A stretch of 64,000 nt of DNA from an uncultured Acidimicrobiales bacterium (GTDB lineage: Bacteria; Actinomycetota; Acidimicrobiia; Acidimicrobiales; CAWCAL01). The notes beneath the pieces are model-generated. The model searched no databases and was not told where the DNA came from. It saw only the letters and a list, made by a program, of their open reading frames with translations. Position numbers and translations under genes: made by a program. Of this stretch, positions 28,444 through 38,200 are shown in pieces (the stretch's first letter is position 1; every line of letters begins with the position of its first letter). The stretch lies in the NCBI GenBank assembly GCA_963697385.1, contig CAVONU010000003.1:400133-464132 (forward strand), written 5' to 3'.

Positions 28444-29057
28444 GCCGGGTTGACCGCCGCTCCCTCGGTGAACCAGGCGTAGGGTTTGGGCCCGCGCCCG
28501 TAGCGGGTCTCGATCCGTACGATCTCGAAGCCGGCGGCCTCGACCAGTTCGGCCGGGTCCCTGGTGAGATGGCAGCCGTCGGCCACCACCTTCTGCATCG
28601 GCTCGAGGCGCCGCTGCCACCGGGCCACCGGCTCGTCGGGTGAGCGACCGTGCTCGAGGAAGTGGAACCGGCCCCCCGGCCGAAGGACCCGCCGGACCTC
28701 GGCCAGTGCCTGCTCGACCCCGGGTATCGTGCAGAGCGTGAACGTCGACAGGGCACCGTCGCACGAGTCGTCGTCGAGGGGGATCTCCTCACCTCGGAGG
28801 CCCACGTGGTGCACGATCACGTCGGAATCGGCGATCCGGCTCTCGGCCAGGCGCCGCGCGGTGTGGGCCGGCTCGACCGCGTAGACCTCCGTGACCTCAT
28901 CCGGGTAGACCGGCACGTTCAGGCCCGATCCGAATCCGATCTCGATCAAGGTGCCGCTCAGCCCCTCGGTCACGTTGGCCCTCCACCGCTGCAGCTCGGC
29001 ACCCCCACACGCGATGTCGACCACTCGGGGGAGGATGTGCTCCCGATAGAGACCCAT
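28440..29057 (-). CDS. class I SAM-dependent methyltransferase
   Basis: SAM motif I 'LIEIGFGSGLN' and post-I/II 'RVLRPGGRFHFLEH'. 205 aa from ATG 29057. The rest of the 684-aa ORF is antisense to the next gene. Confidence 0.85.
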   Translation of the reverse strand: MGLYREHILPRVVDIACGGAELQRWRANVTEGLSGTLIEIGFGSGLNVPVYPDEVTEVYAVEPAHTARRLAESRIADSDVIVHHVGLRGEEIPLDDDSCDGALSTFTLCTIPGVEQALAEVRRVLRPGGRFHFLEHGRSPDEPVARWQRRLEPMQKVVADGCHLTRDPAELVEAAGFEIVRIETRYGRGPKPYAWFTEGAAVNPA

Positions 29058-29156
29058 ACGGTCAGTCTCCCACTTCGACGACGTCGTGTGGCAACGGAGC
29101 CGACCACTATCGTCGAGGCTCGCAGGGGCGATCCGAGTCGCTGCAGGGAGCGTGTC

Positions 29157-30158
29157 GTGGGTACAGCATTGGTCACCGGTGGAGCCGGATTCCTGGGCAG
29201 TTCGGTCGTACGCGAACTGCTCGAGGCCGACCAGGGCGGCGTCCGGGTGCTGGCCCTCCCCGCCGAGCCGCTGGACAACCTCGAAGGACTCGACGTCGAG
29301 ATCGTGCACGGCGACGTGACCGATCCCGACGTTGCCCTGTCCGCCACGGACGGGATCGACACGCTCTACCACTGCGCCGCGGTCTACAAGGACTACATGC
29401 CCGACCCGTGGCCGATGTACACGGTCAATCTCCGGGGGACCTTCAACATGCTCGAGGCGGCGCGCCGCAACGAGGTCGGCACCACCGTCTACACCTCCTC
29501 GATCACCGCGCTCGGCCGCCCTGCTCGCGGCCGCCTCACCGACGAATCCGCCCGGTACGAGGCCTGGGAGGTCGACTTTCCCTACACCCGGACCAAGTAC
29601 CTCTCCCAGCAGCTGGCTGAGGACTTCGCGGCCTGGGGACTGGACGTCCGCATCGTGTGTCCCGGTGTGATCTTCGGCCCTCGGGACATCGGGCCGACGC
29701 CGTCGGGACGAATCATCATCAACGCCCTCTCCGACAAGGCCCCGCCGGTCACCACCGACGGAGGCAGCAGCTACGCCGATGTGCGCGACGTGGCGAAGGT
29801 TCACCTGCTCGCGGCCTCCAAGGGGCAGTCCGGGGCCGTCTACGCCGCCACGGCGCACAACCTCGACAACCGGGCCTTCCTCCGGGCGATCCTCGACGCC
29901 GCCGGACGCGATCCGGACAAGCGGCTGGTGAAGGTTCCCGGGCCCGTGATGTCCCGGCTGGCCCGTGCGGCAGAGGCGCTCGCGATCCGCAAGGGAGAGG
30001 AGCCCGACATGACCGCGGCCATGCTCGACTACTCCCGGGTGGCGCTGTTCGTGGACAACCGGCGATCGATCGACGAGCTGGGGGCCACCTACCGGCCGAT
30101 CGACGAGACGATTCGCGACGCGATCGCCGACTTTCGTGCTCGGGGACTCATCAGCTGA
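29157..30158 (+). CDS. NAD(P)-dependent epimerase/dehydratase-family reductase (extended SDR)
   Basis: 'ALVTGGAGFLGSSVV' Rossmann motif and 'YTRTK' (YxxxK). GTG start at 29157. Divergent from the methyltransferase/WS-DGAT pair. Confidence 0.85.
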   Translation: MGTALVTGGAGFLGSSVVRELLEADQGGVRVLALPAEPLDNLEGLDVEIVHGDVTDPDVALSATDGIDTLYHCAAVYKDYMPDPWPMYTVNLRGTFNMLEAARRNEVGTTVYTSSITALGRPARGRLTDESARYEAWEVDFPYTRTKYLSQQLAEDFAAWGLDVRIVCPGVIFGPRDIGPTPSGRIIINALSDKAPPVTTDGGSSYADVRDVAKVHLLAASKGQSGAVYAATAHNLDNRAFLRAILDAAGRDPDKRLVKVPGPVMSRLARAAEALAIRKGEEPDMTAAMLDYSRVALFVDNRRSIDELGATYRPIDETIRDAIADFRARGLIS

Positions 30159-30245
30159 ACGGCCGTCGCCGAGCACGAACCCGAGGTTGCCGTCGATTCG
30201 AACAACCGGGCAAACTTCCACTTCGGAAACCGAGAGGATGATCCC

Positions 30246-30497
30246 GTGATCGCAGTGGAATGGGGGACCGGACAGGTCATCGTCGGGTTGCTCGCCGCCG
30301 GCATCGTGGCGTTGTGGATCGTGATGGTCATCTACATCTTCGGCGACATCATCCGCAGCCACCACCTTTCGGGTGGGGCCAAGGCGCTCTGGGCGATCGC
30401 CATCATCGTGCTCCCCTTCCTCGGCGTCCTCCTCTATCTCGTGGTGCACGGCGACTCGATCGGGGCCCGCATGGTGTCCGACCGAGCGACTCACTGA
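30246..30497 (+). CDS. PLD-nuclease-N-terminal (PLDc_N) domain small membrane protein
   Basis: 83 aa, two TM helices, 'IFGDIIRSHHLSGGAKALWAIAIIVLPFLGVLLYLV' is the typical PLDc_N signature. Confidence 0.75.
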   Translation: MIAVEWGTGQVIVGLLAAGIVALWIVMVIYIFGDIIRSHHLSGGAKALWAIAIIVLPFLGVLLYLVVHGDSIGARMVSDRATH

Positions 30498-30511
30498 CCG
30501 AGGCTCGCGAG

Positions 30512-31330
30512 GTGCGACCTCGACCCCGGCCCGCTTCGACCGCCCGGTCCCTCACGTTCGCACTCGGTGCGCTGGCTGCGTACAGCGTCGCTCTGGACCG
30601 GGCCATTCCCCGTCGATGGCATCTCGCCTCGAACCTCGCAGCAGGCGGCGCGCTGCTGACCGTTGCCCGAGCCGGCGGCATGACAGCGCGTGAGCTCGGA
30701 ACGTCTCGGGCGGCTCTCTCCCCGGGGGCGCGCCAGGGGGTCGCCGTGTCCTCCCTCATCGCTGCCGCGGTCTCGATGGCGGCCATCCCGAGGCCCTTGC
30801 GCGGTTGGTTCGCCGATGACCGGGTGCGCGCCGAGTCGCGCCGCGAGGTCGCCTATGAGACGCTGGCGCGCATCCCGATCGGAACCGCCCTGTTCGAGGA
30901 GGTTGCGTTCCGCGGCGTGCTCACCGGCCTCCTCCTCCGAACGATGGCCTCCGGCCCGGCCTACGCCGTGTCGTCAGCGATGTTCGGGCTCTGGCATGTC
31001 CTCCCCACCTTGCGCGACCACGCGGGGAGTCCGACGAGCGGTCGCGTCTCCCCTCCCGCCGCGACGATCTCGGTGGTGGTCACCACGGCCGCGGGCGGCC
31101 TCGTGTTCGAGGGACTCCGCCGTCGCAGCGACAGTCTCCTGACCCCGGTGATGGCCCATGCCACGCTCAACGCAAGCGTCTATCTGGCCGCCCAGCTCGC
31201 GCACCGGCAGATCCGGCGGGAAGCAGGGATCCCACCCCTGGGATGTCCCGCTCCGCCCAGGATGGGCGACCGGCCCCGACCAGACAACCCGGCCGATCGA
31301 GACCATAGGATGCGGCCATGGACGTCCTGA
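30512..31330 (+). CDS. CPBP-family intramembrane glutamic endopeptidase (CAAX protease/Abi family)
   Basis: The three CPBP motifs: 'FEEVAFRG' (EExxxR), 'FGLWHV' (FxxxH), 'HATLNA' (HxxxN). GTG start at 30512 is tentative. Confidence 0.8.
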   Translation: MRPRPRPASTARSLTFALGALAAYSVALDRAIPRRWHLASNLAAGGALLTVARAGGMTARELGTSRAALSPGARQGVAVSSLIAAAVSMAAIPRPLRGWFADDRVRAESRREVAYETLARIPIGTALFEEVAFRGVLTGLLLRTMASGPAYAVSSAMFGLWHVLPTLRDHAGSPTSGRVSPPAATISVVVTTAAGGLVFEGLRRRSDSLLTPVMAHATLNASVYLAAQLAHRQIRREAGIPPLGCPAPPRMGDRPRPDNPADRDHRMRPWTS

Positions 31331-32457
31331 CCCACAAAGACCTCGAAGTCCTCATGGCCGAGCGCCCCGGACCCTGCGTCTCGGTCTATCTCCCCACCCA
31401 TCCGGTCGGCCGTGGTACCACGCCCGAGGACCCCGCCACGTTCAAGTCCGTCGTGACCGAGGCAGCCCGAGCGCTCGCCGACCGCGGCCTGCGCCGACCC
31501 GACATCGACGCCTTGCTCGCGCCGGTCCTCGCGCTCGACAACAACCACTTCTGGTCGCATCAAGACGCGGGTCTCGCCGTGTTCGCGGCCCCCGGCTTCA
31601 TGCGCGAGTACCGGTTGCCGGCGTCGTTCCCGACCGGCTCGCTCGTCGCCGACCGATTCCACCTCAAGCCGATGCTGCCCCTGGTCGCCGGTGAACGATG
31701 CCTGGTCCTGGCGTTGTCCCAGGGCGCCATCCGCCTGTTGGGCGCCGACCGCTTCGGGGTGCGACCGGTCAAGCTGCGCGCCGTTCCCACCAGCCTCGAG
31801 GAGGCCCTGCGGTTCGACGATCCCGAGAAGCAGCTCCAGAGCCGGCAGTCCGGTGTCGTCGGCGGCGGCCGCCAAGCAGCAAGTTTCCACGGCCACGGTG
31901 CCGGCCTGGACGAAAAGGACCGGATCACCCGCTATCTCCGCCAGGTCGATCAGGGCCTCCACGAGGTGCTCCGCCACGAGCGGTCCCCCATGGTGCTCGC
32001 CGGCGTGGACTACCTGCTCTCGATCTACCGCTCGGTCACGAGCTATCAGCCGCTGATGGAGGACGCCATCGAGGGCAATCCCGAGCAGATCAGCGATCGG
32101 GACCTGGCCGAGCGGGCCCGGACGGTCACCGACCCCTGGTTCGCCGCGCAGCGAGAGAAGGCGGCAGCGGAGTACGCCGAAGTTGCCGGAACCGACCGGG
32201 CCAGCGACCGGCTGGACGAGGTCGTCACCGCCTCGCTGACGGGCCGGGTGGCCACCCTGTTCGTCCCGATCGGGGTCAAACGTTGGGGCCGCGCGGTCGA
32301 CGGACAGGTCCTCGAGCACGACCAACCCGAGCCCGGTGACATCGATCTGCTCGACGAGGCCGCGCTGGCCACCTGGAAGACCGACGGCCGCGTCTACGCC
32401 GTACAGCCCGAGCACATGCCGGCGGCCACCGACGTGGCGGCGATCTTCCGCTTCTGA
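31318..32457 (+). CDS. bacterial archaeo-eukaryotic release-factor-like (baeRF, family-3-like) protein
   Basis: Clean 379-aa ORF. The N-terminal pattern 'LEVLMAERPGPCVSVYLPTHPVGRG...DPATFKSVVTEA...HFWSHQDAGLAVFAAPGF...ADRFHLKPMLPLV...LVLALSQGAIRLL' matches my recollection of baeRF3-type proteins. CDS existence is high confidence. Family assignment is moderate. Confidence 0.55.
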   Translation: MDVLTHKDLEVLMAERPGPCVSVYLPTHPVGRGTTPEDPATFKSVVTEAARALADRGLRRPDIDALLAPVLALDNNHFWSHQDAGLAVFAAPGFMREYRLPASFPTGSLVADRFHLKPMLPLVAGERCLVLALSQGAIRLLGADRFGVRPVKLRAVPTSLEEALRFDDPEKQLQSRQSGVVGGGRQAASFHGHGAGLDEKDRITRYLRQVDQGLHEVLRHERSPMVLAGVDYLLSIYRSVTSYQPLMEDAIEGNPEQISDRDLAERARTVTDPWFAAQREKAAAEYAEVAGTDRASDRLDEVVTASLTGRVATLFVPIGVKRWGRAVDGQVLEHDQPEPGDIDLLDEAALATWKTDGRVYAVQPEHMPAATDVAAIFRF

Positions 32458-32562
32458 CGGTGGCGCTCGCCAGCGTGGATTCCGATGCTCTCGGAGTCGA
32501 CCCGGCGCACGATTCTCCACCCGCCATCCCGCCGCCGGGGACACCCTCCCCGGTCGTCAGGA

Positions 32563-32578
32563 CCAGCCCGGACTGTTC
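32563..32578. repeat. left terminal inverted repeat of the IS remnant
   Basis: 'CCAGCCCGGACTGTTC'. The reverse complement of 33812..33827 is 'CTAGCCCGGACCGTTC' (14/16 identical). Confidence 0.55.
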
Positions 32579-32686
32579 GGTAAGCCCGGTGGTCGTGTAG
32601 GGGCTGATCCGCGAAGCGGCCCTTCTGGCAAGGGATTCTGTAGGTGACGAAGCCAACAGAACCCGAGACAGAAGGGCACTTCGAGA

Positions 32687-33662
32687 GTGAATCGCAGACG
32701 CGGTCGGAAACGGTTGATGGTGACCCGGGGCGGGCGAGGGCTCGTGAACCATGCCGGTGCTCGGTTGGTGTCGGACCTGGCCGACGACATCGGCCTGACG
32801 GTCGGGTTGTCGAATGCGCTCGCTTCGACCAAGCAGCGTCGTCGGGGTCACGACCGGGGTGAGGTGTTGCGGGATCTGGCGGTGATGATCGCTGATGGCG
32901 GCACCCGGACCTCGGATCTGGCGGTGCTGCGTAACCAGCCCCGCCTGTTCGAGGACGTGGCGTCGAACTCGACGGCGTGGCGAACCCTCGAGGCCATCGA
33001 TGACGCCGTGTTGGAGCAGGTCGCAGTAGCCCGCTCCCAGGCCCGTGAGCAGGCGTGGGCACGAGGGATGGATCCGGGGTTCTACGTGATCGACCTCGAC
33101 GCCACGCTGGTCGGCGCGCACTCCGAGAAAGAGGGAGCGGCACCGACCTACAAGCGCGGGTTCGGGTTCCACCCGTTGATGGCCTATCTCGACGCCACCG
33201 GCGAAGCACTGGCTGGCCGGTTGCGGCCGGGCAACGCCGGAACTCACCTTCACCGACCACGACGGCCACCGCTTCCAGGTCTGTATCACCGACCTCGCCG
33301 ACGACGACATCGCCTACCTCGAAGCCCTCTACCGGGGACGGGGACGGGTCGAACGGCGGATCGGTGACGCCAAAGACACCGGCCTCACCAACCTGCCGTC
33401 GGGACCGTTCGCCCTGAACCAGGCCTGGCTCACCACCGTGCTCATCGCCCAAGACCTCCTCGTCTGGACCCAGCACCTCTGCCTCGACGGCGACCTCGCC
33501 ACCGCCGAACCGAAACGGCTCCGCTACTGCCTGCTCCACACCGCCGCGACCATCGCCACCGGCGGCCGCAAGACCAAGCTACGCCTCGCCGGCGACTGGC
33601 CCTGGACCGACGCCCTCATCGCCGCGTTCGACCGACTCCACCACCGCCCAGCCCGCTGCTGA
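32687..33662 (+). pseudogene. IS1380-family transposase, internally deleted and frameshifted
   Basis: Frame 1 (32687..~33240): 'LVNHAGARLVSDLADDIGLT...RGHDRGEVLRDLAVMIADGG...FYVIDLDATLVGAHSEKEGAAPTYKRGFGFHPLMAYLDATGEALAGRLRPGNAG' is the IS1380 N-terminal region. Another frame (~33240..33662): 'FTDHDGHRFQVCITDLADDDIAYLEALYRGRGRVERRIGDAKDTGLTNLPSGPFALNQAWLTTVLIAQDLLVWTQ...' is the IS1380 C-terminal region. The central catalytic portion is missing. Confidence 0.8.
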
Positions 33663-33811
33663 CACCGCGCGCCGGCACCGTGGCAGCCGACCAGGACCCC
33701 GAGCCACAACAACCCCACCAACCACAACCCCTACCCCAACGCGTCCACACACCACCCACCAACCCCAGACGCCACCCACGACCCGAACCCGACCCGACTC
33801 GATCGACTACT

Positions 33812-33827
33812 GAACGGTCCGGGCTAG
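33812..33827. repeat. right terminal inverted repeat of the IS remnant
   Basis: 'GAACGGTCCGGGCTAG'. Pairs with 32563..32578. Overlaps the stop codon (33824..33826) of the adjacent glycosyltransferase gene. Confidence 0.55.
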
Positions 33828-35248
33828 CCGTCGCCGAGGACGGCCCGCATCACGCCCAGCCACTTGTCGAGGTGGGTGTCGCCCAGGTGAAGGTCGAGGG
33901 CCCGGTTCCGAGCGCCCTCGCCGAGCCGCTTGCGGAGCTCGTCATCGTCGAGGATCTCGCAGACGGCCGACCCGAACTCCTCGAGATCGGCGGGATCCCG
34001 GATCAGCCGTCCGGTCTCCCCGTCGATGACCTGGTCGACGATGCCACCCACCGCACTGGCCACCACCGGTGTGCCCTTGAGCATCGCCTCCGCCACCGTG
34101 AGGCCGAATCCTTCCGCCAGGCTCTTCTGGGCCACGATGCTGGCGTGGCGCTGGAGGGCGTTCACGATCGCCGCGTTCTCCTCCAGATCGTGCATCGGAA
34201 GGCAGACCAACTGGACCCGACTCCGGATGGCGTGCGGCAACTCTCGCCACTCGTTCCAGGCGTCCTGCAGCACCTGGCCCCCCTCGGGATCGTCGGCAAC
34301 CGCTGAGACCACGGGGCCGGCCAGGACGAGCTGCGCACTGCGCCCGGAGTCGATGTACTTCGCGAACGACTCCATGACCCCGGTCATGTCCTTCATCACG
34401 TCCCAACGAGACACCTGCACCAGCATCGGAACGTCGGGGGTCGGTGACGGCCCGGTTCGGAAGACGTCGCAGTAGCTCTCGACGCGACTGGGGGTTCCGT
34501 CGATCCGTTCGAAGGACGTGTCACCGCTCCTCCCCGCCAGGATGCCGACCTGGGTGAGGATCGCCTCGACCTTCTCGTCGGACATCGCCTGGTTCTTCGC
34601 CGAGAACGGATCGATCGATGGCCAGATGACCGAGCACTGATCGGCCGCGATCCACGGCGGAGGGAACCGGGCGTCGGTGAACACGTAGTGATCGACGAAG
34701 GGCTCCAGGTACGGGCGGAGGAAGTCCCACGCCTCGAGGCTGTTGGCGTTCTGTTCGTCGATGCCGACGTGGCAGCGCCAGACGACCTGACACCCCATCG
34801 CCTTCGCGTGCTCGGCCAGGCCCGCGGTCTGCGGATCGTGGAGCACGACGATGTCACCCGGCCGGGCGGACTCGGCCAGCCCGTTGGCGTTGGGCTCCAG
34901 CGCTTGGCGGTAGATGACGTGCTCCGCTTCGCCCAGCGGTCCGCCGTCGCCCACACCACCGTAGAGATGGTTGTGGATGCGCTTCGTCAGCGCGAAGAAC
35001 GGCGGATCACCCTCGATCACCATCCAGCGGGCGTCGACCCCGACCCCCCGCACGTACCCGAGCAGCACGTGCAGCATCTCGGCCACCCCGCCCCCGGCAG
35101 CGGTCGAGTTGACGTTGATGACACTGCGGCCGTCCAGCAGCGACGATGCCTCGGTGGCCGCCACCACCGCGAGGGCATCCGCCCGTTGCGGGCCGATGAT
35201 GTCAGCGAACTGGAGTGGGTCTCTGGATCGAATGGTCACCTTCTGCAT
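33824..35248 (-). CDS. GT4 glycosyltransferase, TreT-like (trehalose synthase-type)
   Basis: 'VINVNSTAAGGGVAEMLHVLLGYVRGVGVDARWMVIEGDPPFFALTKRIHNHLYG' resembles NDP-glucose-dependent trehalose synthase TreT. C-terminal GT-B motif 'SLAEGFGLTVAEAMLKGTPVVASAVGGI'. ATG at 35248. Confidence 0.75.
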   Translation of the reverse strand: MQKVTIRSRDPLQFADIIGPQRADALAVVAATEASSLLDGRSVINVNSTAAGGGVAEMLHVLLGYVRGVGVDARWMVIEGDPPFFALTKRIHNHLYGGVGDGGPLGEAEHVIYRQALEPNANGLAESARPGDIVVLHDPQTAGLAEHAKAMGCQVVWRCHVGIDEQNANSLEAWDFLRPYLEPFVDHYVFTDARFPPPWIAADQCSVIWPSIDPFSAKNQAMSDEKVEAILTQVGILAGRSGDTSFERIDGTPSRVESYCDVFRTGPSPTPDVPMLVQVSRWDVMKDMTGVMESFAKYIDSGRSAQLVLAGPVVSAVADDPEGGQVLQDAWNEWRELPHAIRSRVQLVCLPMHDLEENAAIVNALQRHASIVAQKSLAEGFGLTVAEAMLKGTPVVASAVGGIVDQVIDGETGRLIRDPADLEEFGSAVCEILDDDELRKRLGEGARNRALDLHLGDTHLDKWLGVMRAVLGDG

Positions 35249-35295
35249 GCACAGATCATGCCCGATGCAGACCGGATCCGCTCGGACCTGCAGGT

Positions 35296-38200
35296 TCAGC
35301 CGCGCGTGAGCTGGCCGAGCGACCGCACGGCCACCGAGACCCGGGCCAGGTCTTGCACGCCGGACGCCTTGATGTCGTCGAAGGTCTGGCGGCACCGACC
35401 GGCGGTCACTTCGTTGACGTGGAGCCAGTTCTCGACGGCCGCCTCGGCCGTCGGGAGCGCGCCGGCACCGGCGTGGTCGAGTACGACGGCGGTGAGCGCC
35501 GCATGCTCACGGAAGAATTCGTCGCGAAGCGCACCCCGGGCCATCGTCTCCCAATAGTCGGTCCGCGGCAGCTCGACCAGGAGCTGCCGGAGCCACGACA
35601 ACTCCAGTTGGTCGTCGAGGGCGCTGCTGATGGCCGCGACCAGACGCAGCTCGACCCCGGTCCTCGCCGCCACCTGGCTGAGCTCGAGGAACCCGAACGC
35701 CCGCCCGGATGCCTCGACCCGCCGCGCGAGCGCATCGGGGACGCCGGCGTCCGTCAGTGCCGCGACGTTCGCCTCGGACTCCGGCGCGGATGGATCATCG
35801 GCGCCGACGACGATGTCATGCAGCTCCCGGACCGGCGCCGAATAGGTGGCGACGACCGCCTCGATGTCGATGGGCTGGGGCTCGTTGCGCAGGAGCCACC
35901 GGGCGGCCCGTTCCCCCAGTCGTTTGACGTCGAGCTGGAGCTGGGTCCGCACGTCGGCCGGAATCTCGGGTCCGAGCTCGGCGATCGCATCCCAGAGGCT
36001 GTCCAGGTCGTAGATCCGGGACGCTGCCGTGTGGGCTCGGGCGATGTCGGCCACCGTCGCGGATGTCTCGCGCATGAGCCGGTGCACCATCGAGATGCCG
36101 CCTCGGTTGACCAGCTGGTTGGCCACGGCCGTGGCCACCAGCTCCGCTCGCAGCGGATGGGCGGAGACCAGGTCGGGATACCGCTCCTGGATCTGCCGGG
36201 GGAAGTACGAGAGCAGCGCCCCGTCATAGGTCGGGTCGGACGCCAGCGGAGATTCGACGAGGTCGTCGGCGAGGAGGTTCTTCGTGAAGGCGAGCAGGAC
36301 GGCGAGCTCGGGTCGCGTGAGCCCGCGGTCGCCGCTCTGCCTCGTCGCCAGGTCCTGGTCGGACGGGAGCGCCTCGAGCTCGCGATCCAGTCCCGCCCAT
36401 TCGGCAAGGACGGCCATCAGGCGCTGATGGGCCTCGACCATCCCGGGGGCCTGCGCGACCGCAGCGGTCAGTGTCTCGTTCTGTGCATCGTTGTTGGCCA
36501 GCACCTGCGCGCACACCTCGTCGGCCATCTCGTCGAGGAGTTGGTCGCGGTGTTTGCGCGTCAGGTCGCCGCTTCCGACCGCCCGGGAGAGCAGGATCTT
36601 GAGGTTGACCTCGCGGTCGGAACAGTCGACACCTCCGGAGTTGTCGATCGCATCGGTGTTGATCCGGCCCCCGGCCAGGGCGAACTCGATCCGTCCCCGT
36701 TGGGTGACCCCGAGGTTGCCCCCCTCGCCGATCACACGGCAGCGAAGCTGATCGGCGTCGATGCGGACGGTCTCGTTGCTCCGATCTCCCACCTCTGCGT
36801 GCGACTCTTCCGACGCCTTCACGTAGGTGCCGATCCCACCGTTCCACAGCAGATCGACCGGGGCGCGGAGCACCGCCCGGATCAGCTCGTTGGGTGGCAG
36901 CTCCTCCACCGCCGGGTCGAGCCCGAGGGCCTCGGAGATCTGCTCGCTGATGTCGATCGATTTCGCCGCACGGGAGAAGATGCCACCTCCCGGGGAGATG
37001 AGGGACCGGTCATAGTCGTCCCACGACGAGCGCGGCATCTCGAAGAGCCTCCGCCGTTCTTCGAACGTACGAGCCGGGTCGGGCGACGGGTCGATGAAGA
37101 TGTGGCGATGATCGAAGGCGGCGACCAGGCGGATCATCCGGCTGCGCTGCATCCCGTTTCCGAACACATCGCCGGACATGTCCCCGATCCCGGCCACGGT
37201 GAACTCGGTCCGATCGACGTCGAGCCCCATTCCGCTGAAATGGTGCCGGACCGAGACCCAGGCCCCGCGCGAGGTGATGGCGAGCGCCTTGTGGTCGTAT
37301 CCGCTCGATCCGCCCGAGGCGAAGGCGTCGCCGAGCCAGAACCTGCGTGCTTCGGCGATCTCGTTGGCGATGTCGGAGAACGATGCGGTGCCCTTGTCCG
37401 CCGCCACGACCAGGTAGGGGTCGTCCGCGTCCCGGCGGACGACGCGGTCCGGGCCGACGACCGCGCCGTCGACGCGATTGTCGGTCAGGTCGAGCAGGGC
37501 CCCGATGAAGGTCCGGTAGCAGTCGACGACTTCGAGGGCGGTCGCGTCGCGGTCGCCATCGTCCGGGAGCCGGCGGGCCACGAACCCACCCTTCGCTCCG
37601 GCGGGGACGATCACCGAGTTCTTGACCGACTGGGCCTTCATCAGGCCGAGGATCTCGGTGCGGTAGTCCTCCATCCGGTCGGACCAGCGCAGCCCGCCGC
37701 GCGCCACCCGCCCGGAGCGCAGATGCACCCCCTCGGTGCGAGGGGAATAGACGTAGATCTCCGCGGTCGGTATCGGCTTCGGGACATCCGGGACCTCGGA
37801 CAGATCGAGCTTGAAGGCAAGAGCGGGCCGCGGCTCGCCGTCGTCGGCTCGCTGCCAGTGGTTGGTCCGGGTCGTCGCCTCGACGAGGGCCAGGAAGGAT
37901 CGCAGGATCCGGTCGGCGTCCAGGCTGGGTACCTGATCGATCGCCTCGACGATCTCGCTCCGCTTGTCCGAGGCGGCGACGTCGTCGTGCAGGTCGGGGT
38001 GGAACCGGAACCGGAACAGCTCGACCAGCAGCGAAGCGACCCGAGGATTGCGGTTGACGGTCTCGCGGACGTAGGCCGGACTGAAGTGGGAACCGACCTG
38101 CACCAGATACCGCGCGTAGGCCCGGAGCACCGTGACGTCCTGCCAGGTGAGCCCGGCCACCGTGACCAGCCGTGCGAAGCTGTCGCTCTCGGCCCGATCC

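Larger units (their letters stand above)
32563..33827 (+). mobile_element. degenerate IS1380-family insertion sequence (internally deleted, ~1.27 kb)
   Basis: Bounded by imperfect 16-bp terminal inverted repeats (14/16 match). Contains a transposase gene broken into N- and C-terminal homology blocks in different frames. Confidence 0.75.

Noticed and set aside
29058-30494. Upstream 479 codons of the 684-aa minus-strand ORF 28440..30494
   Set aside because: Antisense to the SDR and PLDc_N genes. Only the last 205 codons (from ATG 29057) show methyltransferase motifs.
33524-33779. Two minus-strand G/V/W-rich ORFs (66-67 aa)
   Set aside because: Complement of the C/A-rich tract and of the transposase 3' end. 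The composition is an artefact.
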